A DNA stretch of 64,000 bases from Spirochaetia bacterium (GTDB lineage Bacteria > Spirochaetota > Spirochaetia > SZUA-6 > Bin103). A program made the position numbers and the translations under genes. The DNA is taken from NCBI GenBank assembly GCA_965208575.1, contig CBDBOV010000006.1:864001-928000 (forward strand), written 5' to 3'. How positions within the stretch are numbered: the first letter of the stretch is position 1; each line of letters opens with the position of its first letter. Positions 37,687-47,495 of the stretch are shown piece by piece. A model generated the notes under the pieces. That model made no database searches and had not been told where the DNA came from. It saw nothing but the letters and a program-made list of their open reading frames with translations.

Positions 37687-37703
37687 AGACCTCCTCGCCA
37701 CCC

Positions 37704-38660
37704 ATGAAAGCGTACATTATCCGCCGGGTTCTGCTTCTCATTCCCACCTTTCTGCTGTTGACGATTCTGGTGTTCCTGTCAGTCCGCTTCATCCCGGGAG
37801 ATGTCATAGACAGGATGATGGTCGACATGGAAGCCCACTTCGCGGACAATGTGGACCGCGCAGCGCTCGAGCGCAAGTTGGGACTGGACCAGCCCGTGTA
37901 CGTACAGTACGGACGCTGGATGGGAGGTATCCTACTGCGCGGTACCCTCGGCAATTCACTATTCGGCGACTGGTCGGTCGAGGAGAAGATATTGGGCAGA
38001 TTGCCGGTCACCATCGAGTTGGGTGTCATGGCTATCGTAATCGGGCTGGTGATAGCCCTGCCGGTCGGCATCTATTCCGCGATTCGCCGCAACACGGCAG
38101 CCGACTATGTGGGGCGCTCGGTCGCGATCGTCGGTCTGGCGACTCCCAACTTCTGGTTGGGGACGATGGTGATGATCTTTCCGGCCATCTGGTGGGCCTG
38201 GTCGCCACCCATGGAGCTGGTGCCGCTGGCGGAAGATCCGCTCGGCAACTTCGGCGTGTTCATCATTCCCGGTCTCATCCTGGGGACCTATCTGGCCGCG
38301 GCCACCATGCGGATGACCCGCACCATGATGCTGGAGGTGCTCAGGCAGGACTACGTCAGGACTGCCTGGTCCAAGGGTCTGAAGGAGCGGGTGGTCGTCA
38401 TGAGACACGCCGTCAAGAATGCCCTCATCCCGGTCGTCACCCTGATCGGCCTGCAGTTGCCCATCCTGGTAGGCGGCTCGGTGATCATGGAGAACATCTT
38501 CAACCTGCCGGGGCTCGGCCGCCTCATGCTGGACGCTCTGACGAACAGAGACTACCCGGTGGTGTCCGGAGTAAACCTGTTTTTCGCCACCGCGGTGATG
38601 GTGATCAATCTCGTCACCGACCTGACCTACGCGTACCTGGACCCCCGAGTCCGCTGGTAG
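37704..38660 (+). CDS. DppB-like ABC permease
   Basis: Motifs RFIPGD, DYVRTAWSKG. Confidence 0.93.
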   Translation: MKAYIIRRVLLLIPTFLLLTILVFLSVRFIPGDVIDRMMVDMEAHFADNVDRAALERKLGLDQPVYVQYGRWMGGILLRGTLGNSLFGDWSVEEKILGRLPVTIELGVMAIVIGLVIALPVGIYSAIRRNTAADYVGRSVAIVGLATPNFWLGTMVMIFPAIWWAWSPPMELVPLAEDPLGNFGVFIIPGLILGTYLAAATMRMTRTMMLEVLRQDYVRTAWSKGLKERVVVMRHAVKNALIPVVTLIGLQLPILVGGSVIMENIFNLPGLGRLMLDALTNRDYPVVSGVNLFFATAVMVINLVTDLTYAYLDPRVRW

Positions 38661-38683
38661 CTGGGAGTGACCCGGGCTGACCC

Positions 38684-39592
38684 ATGGGCGTGTCGCTGAA
38701 ACGACTGGTACAACGACTGGTAAAGGAGCAACCTCTTGGCACACTTGGGGGGTGTGTCGTCCTTGCATTCATCGTCGTGAGTATCTTTGCCGGTGCTCTG
38801 GCTCCGTATGAACCTGACGACCTGCACCTGGTGGACAGGTTCCAAGGCCCGTCGGCCCGCTATCTTCTGGGTACCGACCAACTCGGACGCGACCTGCTGA
38901 GCCGCCTGATCTACGGGGCGCGGATTTCGGTATTCGTCGGGCTGGCCGGAACTACGGTGCACGTGGTGGTGGCCGCGCTGATCGGCGGCACGGCCGGGTT
39001 CTTCGGGGGAAAACTGGATCTGGCAGTGCAACGAATCATCGATGCCTGGATGTCGTTCCCGGGACTGCTGCTGTTGTTGACGATCATGTCCATAGCCGGG
39101 CAGGGACTGGCGCAGATAATCATCGTGTTGGGGGTGTCCGCCGGCATTACCAATTCGCGGGTGGTGAGAAGTGCCGTCATCGGGATCAAGGGGAATGACT
39201 ACTTCGCGGCGGCACAGGCGACCGGCAGCCAAACCCCGCGCACGCTGATGCGGCACGTGCTGCCCAATGTCGCAGCACCCATGATCATCATCTACTCGAT
39301 TACCATCGGCGGCATCATCGTGTCCGAGGCCTCCCTGAGTTTTCTGGGATTCGGTCTGCCGCACGACGTTCCCAGTTGGGGTGGGATGCTCAGCCGCGAA
39401 GGACGCCAACACATGGAGATAGCCCCGCGGCTGGCGCTGTGGCCCGGTCTCTGCCTGACGATTGTCGTGTACAGCGTCAACATGTTCGGCGATGCGCTGC
39501 GCGACCTGCTCGACCCGCGGCTCAGAGGCGGCGACGGTGGGCTGGGCTCCCCCGGCAGCAGTTCGGTCAGGAGAGCCGCCAAGGCCGAGTGA
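38684..39592 (+). CDS. DppC-like ABC permease
   Basis: Motifs LGTDQLGRD, EASLSFLGFG. Confidence 0.93.
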   Translation: MGVSLKRLVQRLVKEQPLGTLGGCVVLAFIVVSIFAGALAPYEPDDLHLVDRFQGPSARYLLGTDQLGRDLLSRLIYGARISVFVGLAGTTVHVVVAALIGGTAGFFGGKLDLAVQRIIDAWMSFPGLLLLLTIMSIAGQGLAQIIIVLGVSAGITNSRVVRSAVIGIKGNDYFAAAQATGSQTPRTLMRHVLPNVAAPMIIIYSITIGGIIVSEASLSFLGFGLPHDVPSWGGMLSREGRQHMEIAPRLALWPGLCLTIVVYSVNMFGDALRDLLDPRLRGGDGGLGSPGSSSVRRAAKAE

Positions 39593-40057
39593 CAGAGCGA
39601 CACGGAGTCGCACAAGCTGCGGCGCAACCCGGGGCCGGGGGAGGCGGCGAAGCTGGCCGTTCCGGTGGAGGCGCCGGCCGGCTCGGTGATCGTGTTCCAC
39701 GGCAACCTATGGCATGGATCGTTTCCACGGGCGAATCCCGGACTGCGGCTGACGATCACGGCGTTCTACAGTGCCCACTACTGCCGCCCGCAGGAGCACT
39801 TCCCCGGCCAGGTTACCGACGAGAGCCTGGCCCGCAATGGCGAGCGGTTTCGGCAACTGGTCAACCTGCAGGACGTCTGGGGCATCGAGACCGCGGGCGA
39901 CCACGGGGTTCCCCGGTGGGAGCGCGGCACCGGGGTGACGCTGCGTCAGATCCAGGAGGGGACGGTCACCCATCACGGTCGGACCTATCGCATCGAGAAC
40001 GACGACACCATCACCGAACACGCGGCGGGGCGCATGCGCTACCGCGCCGTCGACTGA
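39589..40057 (+). pseudogene. PhyH-family dioxygenase, N-terminal half deleted
   Basis: SHKLRR..VPVEAPAGSVIVFHGNLWHGS..RPQE is present, but the HxD region is missing. Confidence 0.7.
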
Positions 40058-40165
40058 GCCGGCATGGGGGAGGGGCACCGCGCCGCGATGGGCTCTCCAT
40101 CGAGTGGCACAACCTGCAGCCGGACATTTGAGCGCACGCTGGTAGGCCGCTTTCTCGACGAACTC

Positions 40166-40312
40166 GACGACGTGCGCTTGACGGCCTGTTGCGGCGGCGC
40201 CTATGATGACCGCCTTGGGTGCCCGACGGATGCGGACGATGCATGCGATGTATGCGATGTATGACGCGCGCTTGACGGCTGTTGCAGGGTCGGCTATGAT
40301 GAGGGCCCTTGG
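40166..40312 (+). promoter_or_regulatory. Tandemly duplicated sigma70-like promoter
   Basis: TTGACG-N18-TATGAT (40178-40207) and TTGACG-N17-TATGAT (40272-40300) with similar flanks. Confidence 0.6.
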
Positions 40313-40441
40313 AATCGCGACCGATGCGAATGCTGCATGACCACAGGTTCCGGCGCAGCCACCGGTTAGCTTCACTGCCGCCGGTGCGCCTCCCCCCCCC
40401 TCCCCCTCCCCCCGCAACTCTTTATACAATAATCCATTAAC

Positions 40442-40529
40442 ACTAACCGCCCCGGCTGATCGTCCCGTACGCGACCTCGCGTACGCCGTCGCCTTCACCA
40501 CCGCCGTAGCTATAGCTGGCGCCGCCTCG
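40442..40529 (+). repeat. Upstream element U2 (paralog of U1)
   Basis: Aligns colinearly with 26674-26761; both follow poly-C tracts. Confidence 0.85.
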
Positions 40530-40623
40530 ATCCATCGCCGAACCGGCATGCGGGCCGCCCGCCACGCGCAGCGCACCCGACAAACACGGCAAGCACCCGG
40601 ACCAGGGCCTACCTACAGAAAAC

Positions 40624-40812
40624 GGAGGTGCAAGTGATACTCAAAGAACCGCACCATGCGCGCGGCCCGAGTTCATGACGCTCATGCCGCGCGCATGACC
40701 ACCAGGGATTGCCGCCGCTGTCTGGCCGCCTGCGTTGCGGGCGCGAGAGTGGCAGGGAAAGGCAACTCGCTCGGAGAGCACTCTCAGAATCTCAGATATG
40801 GGAGAGATCAGT
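40624..40812 (+). promoter_or_regulatory. Conserved structured 5' leader L2 with uORF
   Basis: GGAGGT, uORF, 12-bp stem 40655-66/40686-97, GTT-loop hairpin, gagagtg/cactctc pairing. Confidence 0.7.
40634..40678 (+). CDS. Putative leader peptide MILKEPHHARGPSS
   Basis: GTG start after GGAGGT; LKEP conserved. Confidence 0.5.
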   Translation: MILKEPHHARGPSS

Positions 40813-42603
40813 ATGATTTTTCCAAGAATCGCACACCCCTTCGTGGTTGTGCTCGTGTTCGCCCTGACCGCCACCGGCGTCTGGGCCAGTCCGGCCGGAG
40901 AAGAGGAGCCGGCAGCCGCCGCCGACAAGGAAATGGTGCTCGACCCCACCACGGGCAAGATGGTGACCGCGCCGGAGTACGGCGGGACAATGACCGTTTG
41001 GGGGGGCGCCTGGGTTACTGAGTCTTCTAGTGACCCCTATTTCAGCTACAGCGACGCCACCGTAGGCGTCGTAGAGAAGCTAGGTATTTCGGACTGGGGC
41101 ATAGATAGAGACGAATTTGACTTTAGAACAGTGTTCTTCCCTGACTCTTTCCTGACAGGGAGGCTGGCTGAAAGCTGGGATATTTCCTCGGACGGCCTCA
41201 CCTATACCTTCAACATCCGCGAGGGCGTCAACTGGCATAATAAGGCACCGATGAACGGTCGTGCGCTGACAGCCGAGGATGTCGTATATAACTTTCACCG
41301 TCAATTGGGTCTGGGCAACTTCACCGACGCCGGGCCTAGCCCCAACTGGCCCGCCGGCAACCTCAAGCGCATCCCATTCGAATCGATAACAGCCACCGAC
41401 GATTCGACGGTTGTCATGAAGCTAAAGGAGCCATCCCTCCCCGCGCTGAATATTATTCTCCTCGACCTCCCTACTTACATAATGCCCCCCGAGGTAATCG
41501 AGCAACATGGCGACGTTCAGGATTGGAGAAACCTGGTCGGCACCGGACCCTTTATGCTGACTGACGTAGTCGATGGGAGCTCTGCCACCCGCACCAGGAA
41601 TCCTGACTACTGGGGCTATGACCCAAAGTACCCGCAGAACCGCTTGCCCTACGTTGACGAGTTAAGGATAGTGGTAATGCTAGAGGAATCATCAATTTTC
41701 GCAGCACTACGCTCAGGCAAGCTTGATTTCAGGGCTCGGGCTCTGTCCCTGGACTCGGTAGAGAGCCTGCTGCGGACCAACCCCGAAATCGCGGTGACCC
41801 CGATTTGGTTTCGGTCGAGCGATTCTTTTGCTCCTGACGTGCGCGTGCCGCCCTTTAACGACATCAACGTGCGCCGCGCAATGCAGCTGGCGCTGGACAA
41901 CGAGACTGCGGCGGCTTCGTACTGGAAGGGTCAGGCAAATGCGACACCTCAGGGGCTGATAGGGGTGAAAGGGTATTACATCCCCTTCGAGGAGTGGGAC
42001 GAAGAGGTCAAGCAATACTACCGATATGACCCGGAAGCTGCCGAGAAGCTCCTTGATGAGGCCGGATACCCTCGAGGCGCCGACGGCACTAGATTCCAGA
42101 CCGTCTTGAATACAGCGGCTTTTGCAAGCTTAGACTTTGCCGAAATCGCTGCCGCCTACTGGGCTGAGATTGGTGTCGATGTTAAGATTGATGTACTGAC
42201 CGCCCCCGAATTTGCCCAGAGGATGCGCCCCCCCAGTGATTTGGAAGGCATGTCCGGTGCCACTGCGGGCCAACTTGGAGACCCTGTCACGGTGATAGAC
42301 GATTTTCACTCGGATTCAGAGGTGAACCGCGGCGGAGTCCAGGATCCTGAGTACGACGCCATGGTTGAAGCCGCCCTAGGCGCTACCAGCATTGAGGAGC
42401 AGAAGAGGCTGATTGCAGAAGCAGATATGTACGCGATCGAGAAGCACTGGCATATATTTGGTCCCAAAAGTCCAGTGTACTATTTGGCCCAGCCGTGGGT
42501 CAAAGGTTATAACGGTGAAGCTGGCTTGAATAAATGGGAAGACTGGCTCATTTTTACCTACCTCTGGATTGATAGTGAGATGAAGGAAGCAATGGGTTAT
42601 TAG
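40813..42603 (+). CDS. DppA-like solute-binding protein 5
   Basis: Close paralog of SBP3; motifs APEYGG, LAESWDISSDG. Confidence 0.94.
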   Translation: MIFPRIAHPFVVVLVFALTATGVWASPAGEEEPAAAADKEMVLDPTTGKMVTAPEYGGTMTVWGGAWVTESSSDPYFSYSDATVGVVEKLGISDWGIDRDEFDFRTVFFPDSFLTGRLAESWDISSDGLTYTFNIREGVNWHNKAPMNGRALTAEDVVYNFHRQLGLGNFTDAGPSPNWPAGNLKRIPFESITATDDSTVVMKLKEPSLPALNIILLDLPTYIMPPEVIEQHGDVQDWRNLVGTGPFMLTDVVDGSSATRTRNPDYWGYDPKYPQNRLPYVDELRIVVMLEESSIFAALRSGKLDFRARALSLDSVESLLRTNPEIAVTPIWFRSSDSFAPDVRVPPFNDINVRRAMQLALDNETAAASYWKGQANATPQGLIGVKGYYIPFEEWDEEVKQYYRYDPEAAEKLLDEAGYPRGADGTRFQTVLNTAAFASLDFAEIAAAYWAEIGVDVKIDVLTAPEFAQRMRPPSDLEGMSGATAGQLGDPVTVIDDFHSDSEVNRGGVQDPEYDAMVEAALGATSIEEQKRLIAEADMYAIEKHWHIFGPKSPVYYLAQPWVKGYNGEAGLNKWEDWLIFTYLWIDSEMKEAMGY

Positions 42604-42748
42604 GGGCTGAGCTTAGGAAAAAAGGGAGCTGGGGGGTGTCGCCTGGGCGCGCTTCCCAGCTCCCTTACTCATTGAAGGGTGAGAGAACGGCAACGAGATC
42701 GCCAGGCCCCCATGAATCTTGGCTCGCAATGACAGGGAGTACTGTGAC

Positions 42749-43759
42749 ATGAGAGCCTATCTCATCAGGCGGTTGCTGCTCATAATCCCTACCTTGTCTG
42801 TATTGACCATCATGGTCTTTCTAGCGGTCCGCTTCATTCCTGGCGACGTGATCGACGTAATGGTGGCTAGGATCACGGAACAAGGTGCCGAGGGCGCGGA
42901 GATTGACCGCGCAGCTCTTGAGCGTAGGCTCGGATTAGACGTGCCTGTGCACGTGCAGTATGGACGCTGGATAGGAGTGTTGCCAACCCCTGACTTTATT
43001 ACCGGTGAGTCCCACTTCAAAGGTCTCCTCCAGGGCGCCCTTGGCCAGTCACTGTGGGGCGCCCATTTCTCGGTGGAGGAGAAGATAATAGGCAGATTGC
43101 CAGTAACCATTCAGCTTGGTGTCATGGCAATCGTAATCGGGCTCGTGATAGCGCTGCCGGTCGGCATCTACTCGGCGATTCGCCAGGATACCGCCGCCGA
43201 CTACGCGGGGCGCTCGGTCGCCATCATCGGCCTGGCAACGCCCAACTTCTGGCTGGGAACCATGGTCATGCTCTACCCGGCAATCTGGTGGGGCTGGTCG
43301 CCACCGATGGAAACGATTCCTTTCACGGAAGACCCGCTGGGCAATATTGGGATGTTCCTCATTCCGAGCCTGATTCTGGGGACGGCCTCGGCTGCAGCCA
43401 CCATGCGGATGACCCGCACCATGATGCTGGAGGTGCTGCGCCAGGATTTTATCAGGACGGCCTGGGCCAAGGGTCTCCGGGAGCGGGTCGTGGTGCTGCG
43501 GCATGCCGTCAAGAATGCCCTGATCCCGGTGGTGACCCTGATCGGCCTGCAGTTGCCGATCCTGATAGGTGGCTCGGTCATCATGGAGAACATCTTCAGC
43601 CTGCCGGGATTGGGTCGTCTCCTGCTGACTGCACTCGATACCAGAGATTACCCAATGGTCTCCGGAATAAACCTGATTTTCGCCACCGCGGTGGTGCTGT
43701 TCAATCTCCTGATCGACCTGCTCTATTCCTATCTGGACCCGAGGGTGCGCTATGAGTGA
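42749..43759 (+). CDS. DppB-like ABC permease
   Basis: Motifs RFIPGD, DFIRTAWAKG. Confidence 0.93.
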   Translation: MRAYLIRRLLLIIPTLSVLTIMVFLAVRFIPGDVIDVMVARITEQGAEGAEIDRAALERRLGLDVPVHVQYGRWIGVLPTPDFITGESHFKGLLQGALGQSLWGAHFSVEEKIIGRLPVTIQLGVMAIVIGLVIALPVGIYSAIRQDTAADYAGRSVAIIGLATPNFWLGTMVMLYPAIWWGWSPPMETIPFTEDPLGNIGMFLIPSLILGTASAAATMRMTRTMMLEVLRQDFIRTAWAKGLRERVVVLRHAVKNALIPVVTLIGLQLPILIGGSVIMENIFSLPGLGRLLLTALDTRDYPMVSGINLIFATAVVLFNLLIDLLYSYLDPRVRYE

Positions 43760-43832
43760 GGCTTTTTGCTAGGCCCGCGAGTGTGCTGTCTATGAGTGAG
43801 GCTTCTTGGCTGGACCCGGGAGTGCGCTACCT

Positions 43833-44726
43833 ATGAATGAGGCGCGCGGCCAGTTTGCCGATTTCTTCGGCAGGTTGTGGCGGCAGAAGCCCCTGGGCAT
43901 CGCCAGCGGGATCGTCATCCTGATCCTGATTTTGTTGGCGATCTTCGCCGATGCTCTGGCCCCCTATCCGTTCGATCAACTGAACCTGGCAGAAAGGCTG
44001 CAGGGCCCGTCGGCCCGCCATCTGCTGGGGACCGACCAGTTGGGCCGCGACCTGTTGAGCCGGCTGCTGTTCGGGGCGCGCATCTCGCTGGTCGTTGGTC
44101 TGGCGGCGACCACGCTGAACGTGGTGGTCGCTACCCTGATCGGCGGCACCTCCGGGTTCATTGGGGGCAAGCTGGACCTGGCGGTGCAACGTTTCGTCGA
44201 TGCCTGGATGGCGTTCCCGGGACTGCTGCTGTTGCTCACGATCATGTCGGTCGCGGGGCAGGGTCTGCTACAGATCATCGTGGTGCTGGGGGTCGCCGGC
44301 GGCGTGGGCGGCTCGCGCGTGGTCAGAGGCGCGGTGGTGGCCACCAAGGGCAACGACTTTTTTCTGGCCGCCCGGGCGGTGGGCTCGCCGACGCGACAGG
44401 TCCTGGTGCGCCATGTTCTGCCCAATATCGTGGCGCCGCTCATCATCGTCTTCAGCATCAACGTCGGCGGTGTGATCCTGGCCGAGGCGTCCTTGAGCTT
44501 TCTCGGCTTCGGGCTGCCGATCAAGGTGCCGAGCTGGGGCGGGATGCTCAGCCGGGAGGGGCGGCGGTTCATGGAGCAGGCGCCGTGGCTGGCGCTGTGG
44601 CCCGGGCTGTGCCTGACGATCGTGGTGTACAGCTTCAACATGTTGGGTGATGCGATGCGGGACCTGCTCGATCCGCGGCTGCGCGGCGGGGGGCGTCTGG
44701 CTGCCGGCGGCGCCACGTCGGTGTAA
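43833..44726 (+). CDS. DppC-like ABC permease
   Basis: Motifs LGTDQLGRD, EASLSFLGFG. Confidence 0.93.
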   Translation: MNEARGQFADFFGRLWRQKPLGIASGIVILILILLAIFADALAPYPFDQLNLAERLQGPSARHLLGTDQLGRDLLSRLLFGARISLVVGLAATTLNVVVATLIGGTSGFIGGKLDLAVQRFVDAWMAFPGLLLLLTIMSVAGQGLLQIIVVLGVAGGVGGSRVVRGAVVATKGNDFFLAARAVGSPTRQVLVRHVLPNIVAPLIIVFSINVGGVILAEASLSFLGFGLPIKVPSWGGMLSREGRRFMEQAPWLALWPGLCLTIVVYSFNMLGDAMRDLLDPRLRGGGRLAAGGATSV

Positions 44727-44737
44727 AAAGGAGTGAA

Positions 44738-44930
44738 CACTCGGTCACCTCGCCGTTGTTGGCCCACTTCAGGGCCACCGTCTTGGGACGGCCGAACACC
44801 ACGCACAGCGGCACAGCGGCACTCCGCCGAACGCCACGAAATGGTCGGCCAGGGTGCGGATCAGCGCCTCGGCCACCTGATTGGGCACCAGATCGACCAC
44901 CGCCCAGCGCGACCACTTCAGCCGCGAGCC
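44738..44930 (-). pseudogene. IS21-family IstA transposase internal fragment
   Basis: RLKWSRW..LVPNQVAEALIRTLADHFVAFGGVPL, then (frameshifted) CVVFGRPKTVALKW. Confidence 0.65.
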
Positions 44931-44999
44931 GGTCAACATAGATGCAGAAAGATCGCATGGCATCACCCATTGGTGGCGGAGCCGACTTGTTGCGAGTGC

Positions 45000-45370
45000 T
45001 CAGCGGAGCGCCGTCATCACCTCGCGCGCGTCCACCAGGTGGACACCGGTAGCCGGATCGGTTCTGGTCGATGCCTCGGGCACGAACAGCGCACTGATCA
45101 CCTCGCTGTCGCGCGCACCGGGTGTCGCCTCGATACCGCGCCGCCGCCCGGCACGAGACACCGCTCCCGGTCGCACCGAACACTTCACTTCGCCCACCAG
45201 CATCCGCCGCCCGTCTACCGAACGCGCGAGGATGTCGAACTCCGGGGCGTTTCCGTGCCAGTAGCGCTACGCCGGTTCCCAGGGGCCGAGACCGGCCAGC
45301 GGGCCGTCGCATCGATGCAGCGCGCCCCATCACGGTGTGCGGATCGGCGGCACCAACGCAAGCGGTGACG
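45000..45370 (-). pseudogene. DUF234-like PD-(D/E)xK C-terminal fragment of an ATPase gene
   Basis: RYWHGNAPEFDILARSVDGRRMLVGEVK...ALFVP..VHLVDAREVMTALR, with an upstream in-frame stop. Confidence 0.55.
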
Positions 45371-45444
45371 ACGCAAGTGGACACCCGATGGACACCCGGT
45401 GAACGCCGGGCCAGCTGGGCTATGGTGACCCCCTGGCGACCCCC

Positions 45445-45723
45445 GTGACCCCGATCCGATGGCAGCTTCACGCCCTGGAACGGATGCTGGAGCGGAGCAT
45501 TTCCCGCGAAGAGGTCGTACGCGCAATCGTGAACGGACAGGTGATCGAGCCGTACCTTACGGACAGGCCACTTCCAAGCTGCCTCTTGTTGCACATGGGA
45601 GAGCACCCCCTCCACGTTGTCGCAGCCGTCGATGTGGAAGCGGGCATCGGCTACGTGATCACCGCCTACCGGCCGGATCTGGAGCATTTCGAGGCGGACT
45701 ACAAGACGCGAAGGAGGGCTTGA
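45445..45723 (+). CDS. DUF4258 protein (putative toxin)
   Basis: HALERMLERSISREEV, GQVIEPY, PLHVV, VITAYRPD. Confidence 0.85.
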   Translation: MTPIRWQLHALERMLERSISREEVVRAIVNGQVIEPYLTDRPLPSCLLLHMGEHPLHVVAAVDVEAGIGYVITAYRPDLEHFEADYKTRRRA

Positions 45724-45968
45724 TGAAGTCGAACGAGGGCAGATGTGCCCTGTGTGGGGGGCCGCATGAACCGGGCACGACGGTCTTTGCCGTGGATCTG
45801 AAGACCGGAGTCGTCGTCGTCCGCGGAGTTCCGGCCCGGGTCTGCTCGCAGTGCGGCGAGGCCTGGATCGAAGATGCCGTGGCGGCGCGCCTGGAGACCA
45901 TCGTCGCCGAGGCCCGCCGGAAGCACACCGTGGTCGAGGTTATCCAGTGGGAACAGGTGGCGGCCTGA
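45723..45968 (+). CDS. YgiT/MqsA-type zinc-finger protein (putative antitoxin)
   Basis: CALCGG...VVRGVPARVCSQCGE; TGATG overlap. Confidence 0.85.
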   Translation: MKSNEGRCALCGGPHEPGTTVFAVDLKTGVVVVRGVPARVCSQCGEAWIEDAVAARLETIVAEARRKHTVVEVIQWEQVAA

Positions 45969-46361
45969 CCGCCGCGGCGGCGTCCAGCGGACATCGCCGA
46001 CACGCAGGCCGAGGCAACGGAATGACGAAGCTGCCCGTCGCCCCCGGAGATCGGAGCGTGCTTTGGTCGGCCAATAGCATGGTATCACCCACTTGGTGGC
46101 GGAGCCGACTTGTTGCGAATGCTCAGCGGAGCGGCGTCATCACCTCGCGCGCGTCCACCAAGTGGACACCGGTACCCGAATCGGTCCTGGTCGATGCCTC
46201 GGGCACGAACAGCGCACTGATCACCTCGCTGTCGCGCGCACCGGGTATCGCCTCGATACCGCGCCGCCGCCCGGCACGAGACACCGCTCCCGGTCGCTCG
46301 CTAGGCGGGCGCCTTTCCCCAGGGTCGGCGGTCGGGTATCATTGGGCGCATTGTGCGAAGC

Positions 46362-47495
46362 ATGGATGTGGCGGCGCCGGGCGCCGGCCACCCGGTCCTC
46401 AGCGCGGCCGACGCGCAGGGCGTCAGCGCCGAAATACAGCGCCTGCTGGACAACGTCCGCTCGCTGATCTACATCGATCCGCGCACGCTGGAGTTCCTGA
46501 TCGCCGCCAAGATCGCCGGCGGCCACGTGATCCTGGCGGACTCCCACGGGGTCGGCAAGACCTCGCTGGCGCGGGCGCTGGCGCAGTCGATACAGTGGAC
46601 GGGGCCGCGCCGCGGGGGCGCCGACGGTACGGACGGCGAGGTGGCACGCATCGACCAGTCGGTGGCGGACGTGTCGGCGGAAAACGTGCCGATCTCCAGC
46701 TTCAGCCGCATCCAGTGCACGGTCGACCTGCTGCCGCAGGACATCCTCGGCTTCTCGCGCTACGAACTCAGCACCAGCTCGCTGATCTTCAACCGCGGCC
46801 CGATATTCGCCCACTTCGTGCTGTGCGACGAAATCAACCTGCTCACCCCCAAGACCCAGGGCAGCTTCTTCCAGGCGATGGAGGAGCAGGCGATCTCGAT
46901 CGAGGGCAACACCTATCACCTGCCCGACCCGTTCTTCATCATCGCCACCATGAACCTCAAGGGCGCGCACCTGTTCCCGCTGCCGGTGCCGCAGCTCGAC
47001 CGCTTCATGGTGCAGCTCTCGCTCGGCTACCCGAGCGACGACGACGAGGAGCGCATCGTCCACCAGCACGGGCGCGACGACTCCTGGCGCGGCTTTGCGC
47101 CGGTGGTGGCGCAGGAGCGGCTCAACCAGTGGCAGGGCATGGTGGACTCGATCACCATCCACGACGAGGTGGTCTCCTACCTGGTGACCCTGATCCGCCA
47201 GACGCGCGGCCACCCGGCCATCGAGACCGGCGCCAGCCCGCGCACCGGCGTCAAGGTGTCGCGGCTGGCGCGCGCGGTGGCGCTGGTGCGCGGCGACAAC
47301 TGGGTATCGGTCGACCTGATCAAGGAGATCTTCCTGCCGGCGGTGGCACACCGGCTGATCATGCAGGACCCGGCCACTCCCGCCGCCGGAGTGCTGGAAG
47401 AGATCCTGGAGACGGTGCCGGTGGACGGCCGGCGGCCGGCACCGCGCGACGTGCCGGACAGCGTTCGGGCGGCGCCGGTGGCCGCCACCTCCTGA
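46362..47495 (+). CDS. MoxR-family AAA+ ATPase
   Basis: Motifs GVGKT, RIQCTVDLLPQD, LCDEIN, AMEE, PQLDRF, GASPR. Confidence 0.92.
   Translation: MDVAAPGAGHPVLSAADAQGVSAEIQRLLDNVRSLIYIDPRTLEFLIAAKIAGGHVILADSHGVGKTSLARALAQSIQWTGPRRGGADGTDGEVARIDQSVADVSAENVPISSFSRIQCTVDLLPQDILGFSRYELSTSSLIFNRGPIFAHFVLCDEINLLTPKTQGSFFQAMEEQAISIEGNTYHLPDPFFIIATMNLKGAHLFPLPVPQLDRFMVQLSLGYPSDDDEERIVHQHGRDDSWRGFAPVVAQERLNQWQGMVDSITIHDEVVSYLVTLIRQTRGHPAIETGASPRTGVKVSRLARAVALVRGDNWVSVDLIKEIFLPAVAHRLIMQDPATPAAGVLEEILETVPVDGRRPAPRDVPDSVRAAPVAATS

Larger units (their letters stand above)
44955..46297. repeat. ~220-bp direct repeats (44955-45174 and 46077-46297) flanking a TA-like pair
   Basis: Near-identical sequence by direct comparison. 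Confidence 0.92.

Noticed and set aside
40340-40425. Cobalamin riboswitch (CCCCCGCAAC word)
   Set aside because: The other conserved B12-element segments are absent, and the match arises from a poly-C tract.
27230-42603. Diversity-generating retroelement behind the SBP variation
   Set aside because: No reverse transcriptase is present and there is no adenine-specific TR/VR pair; the differences involve all bases and indels.
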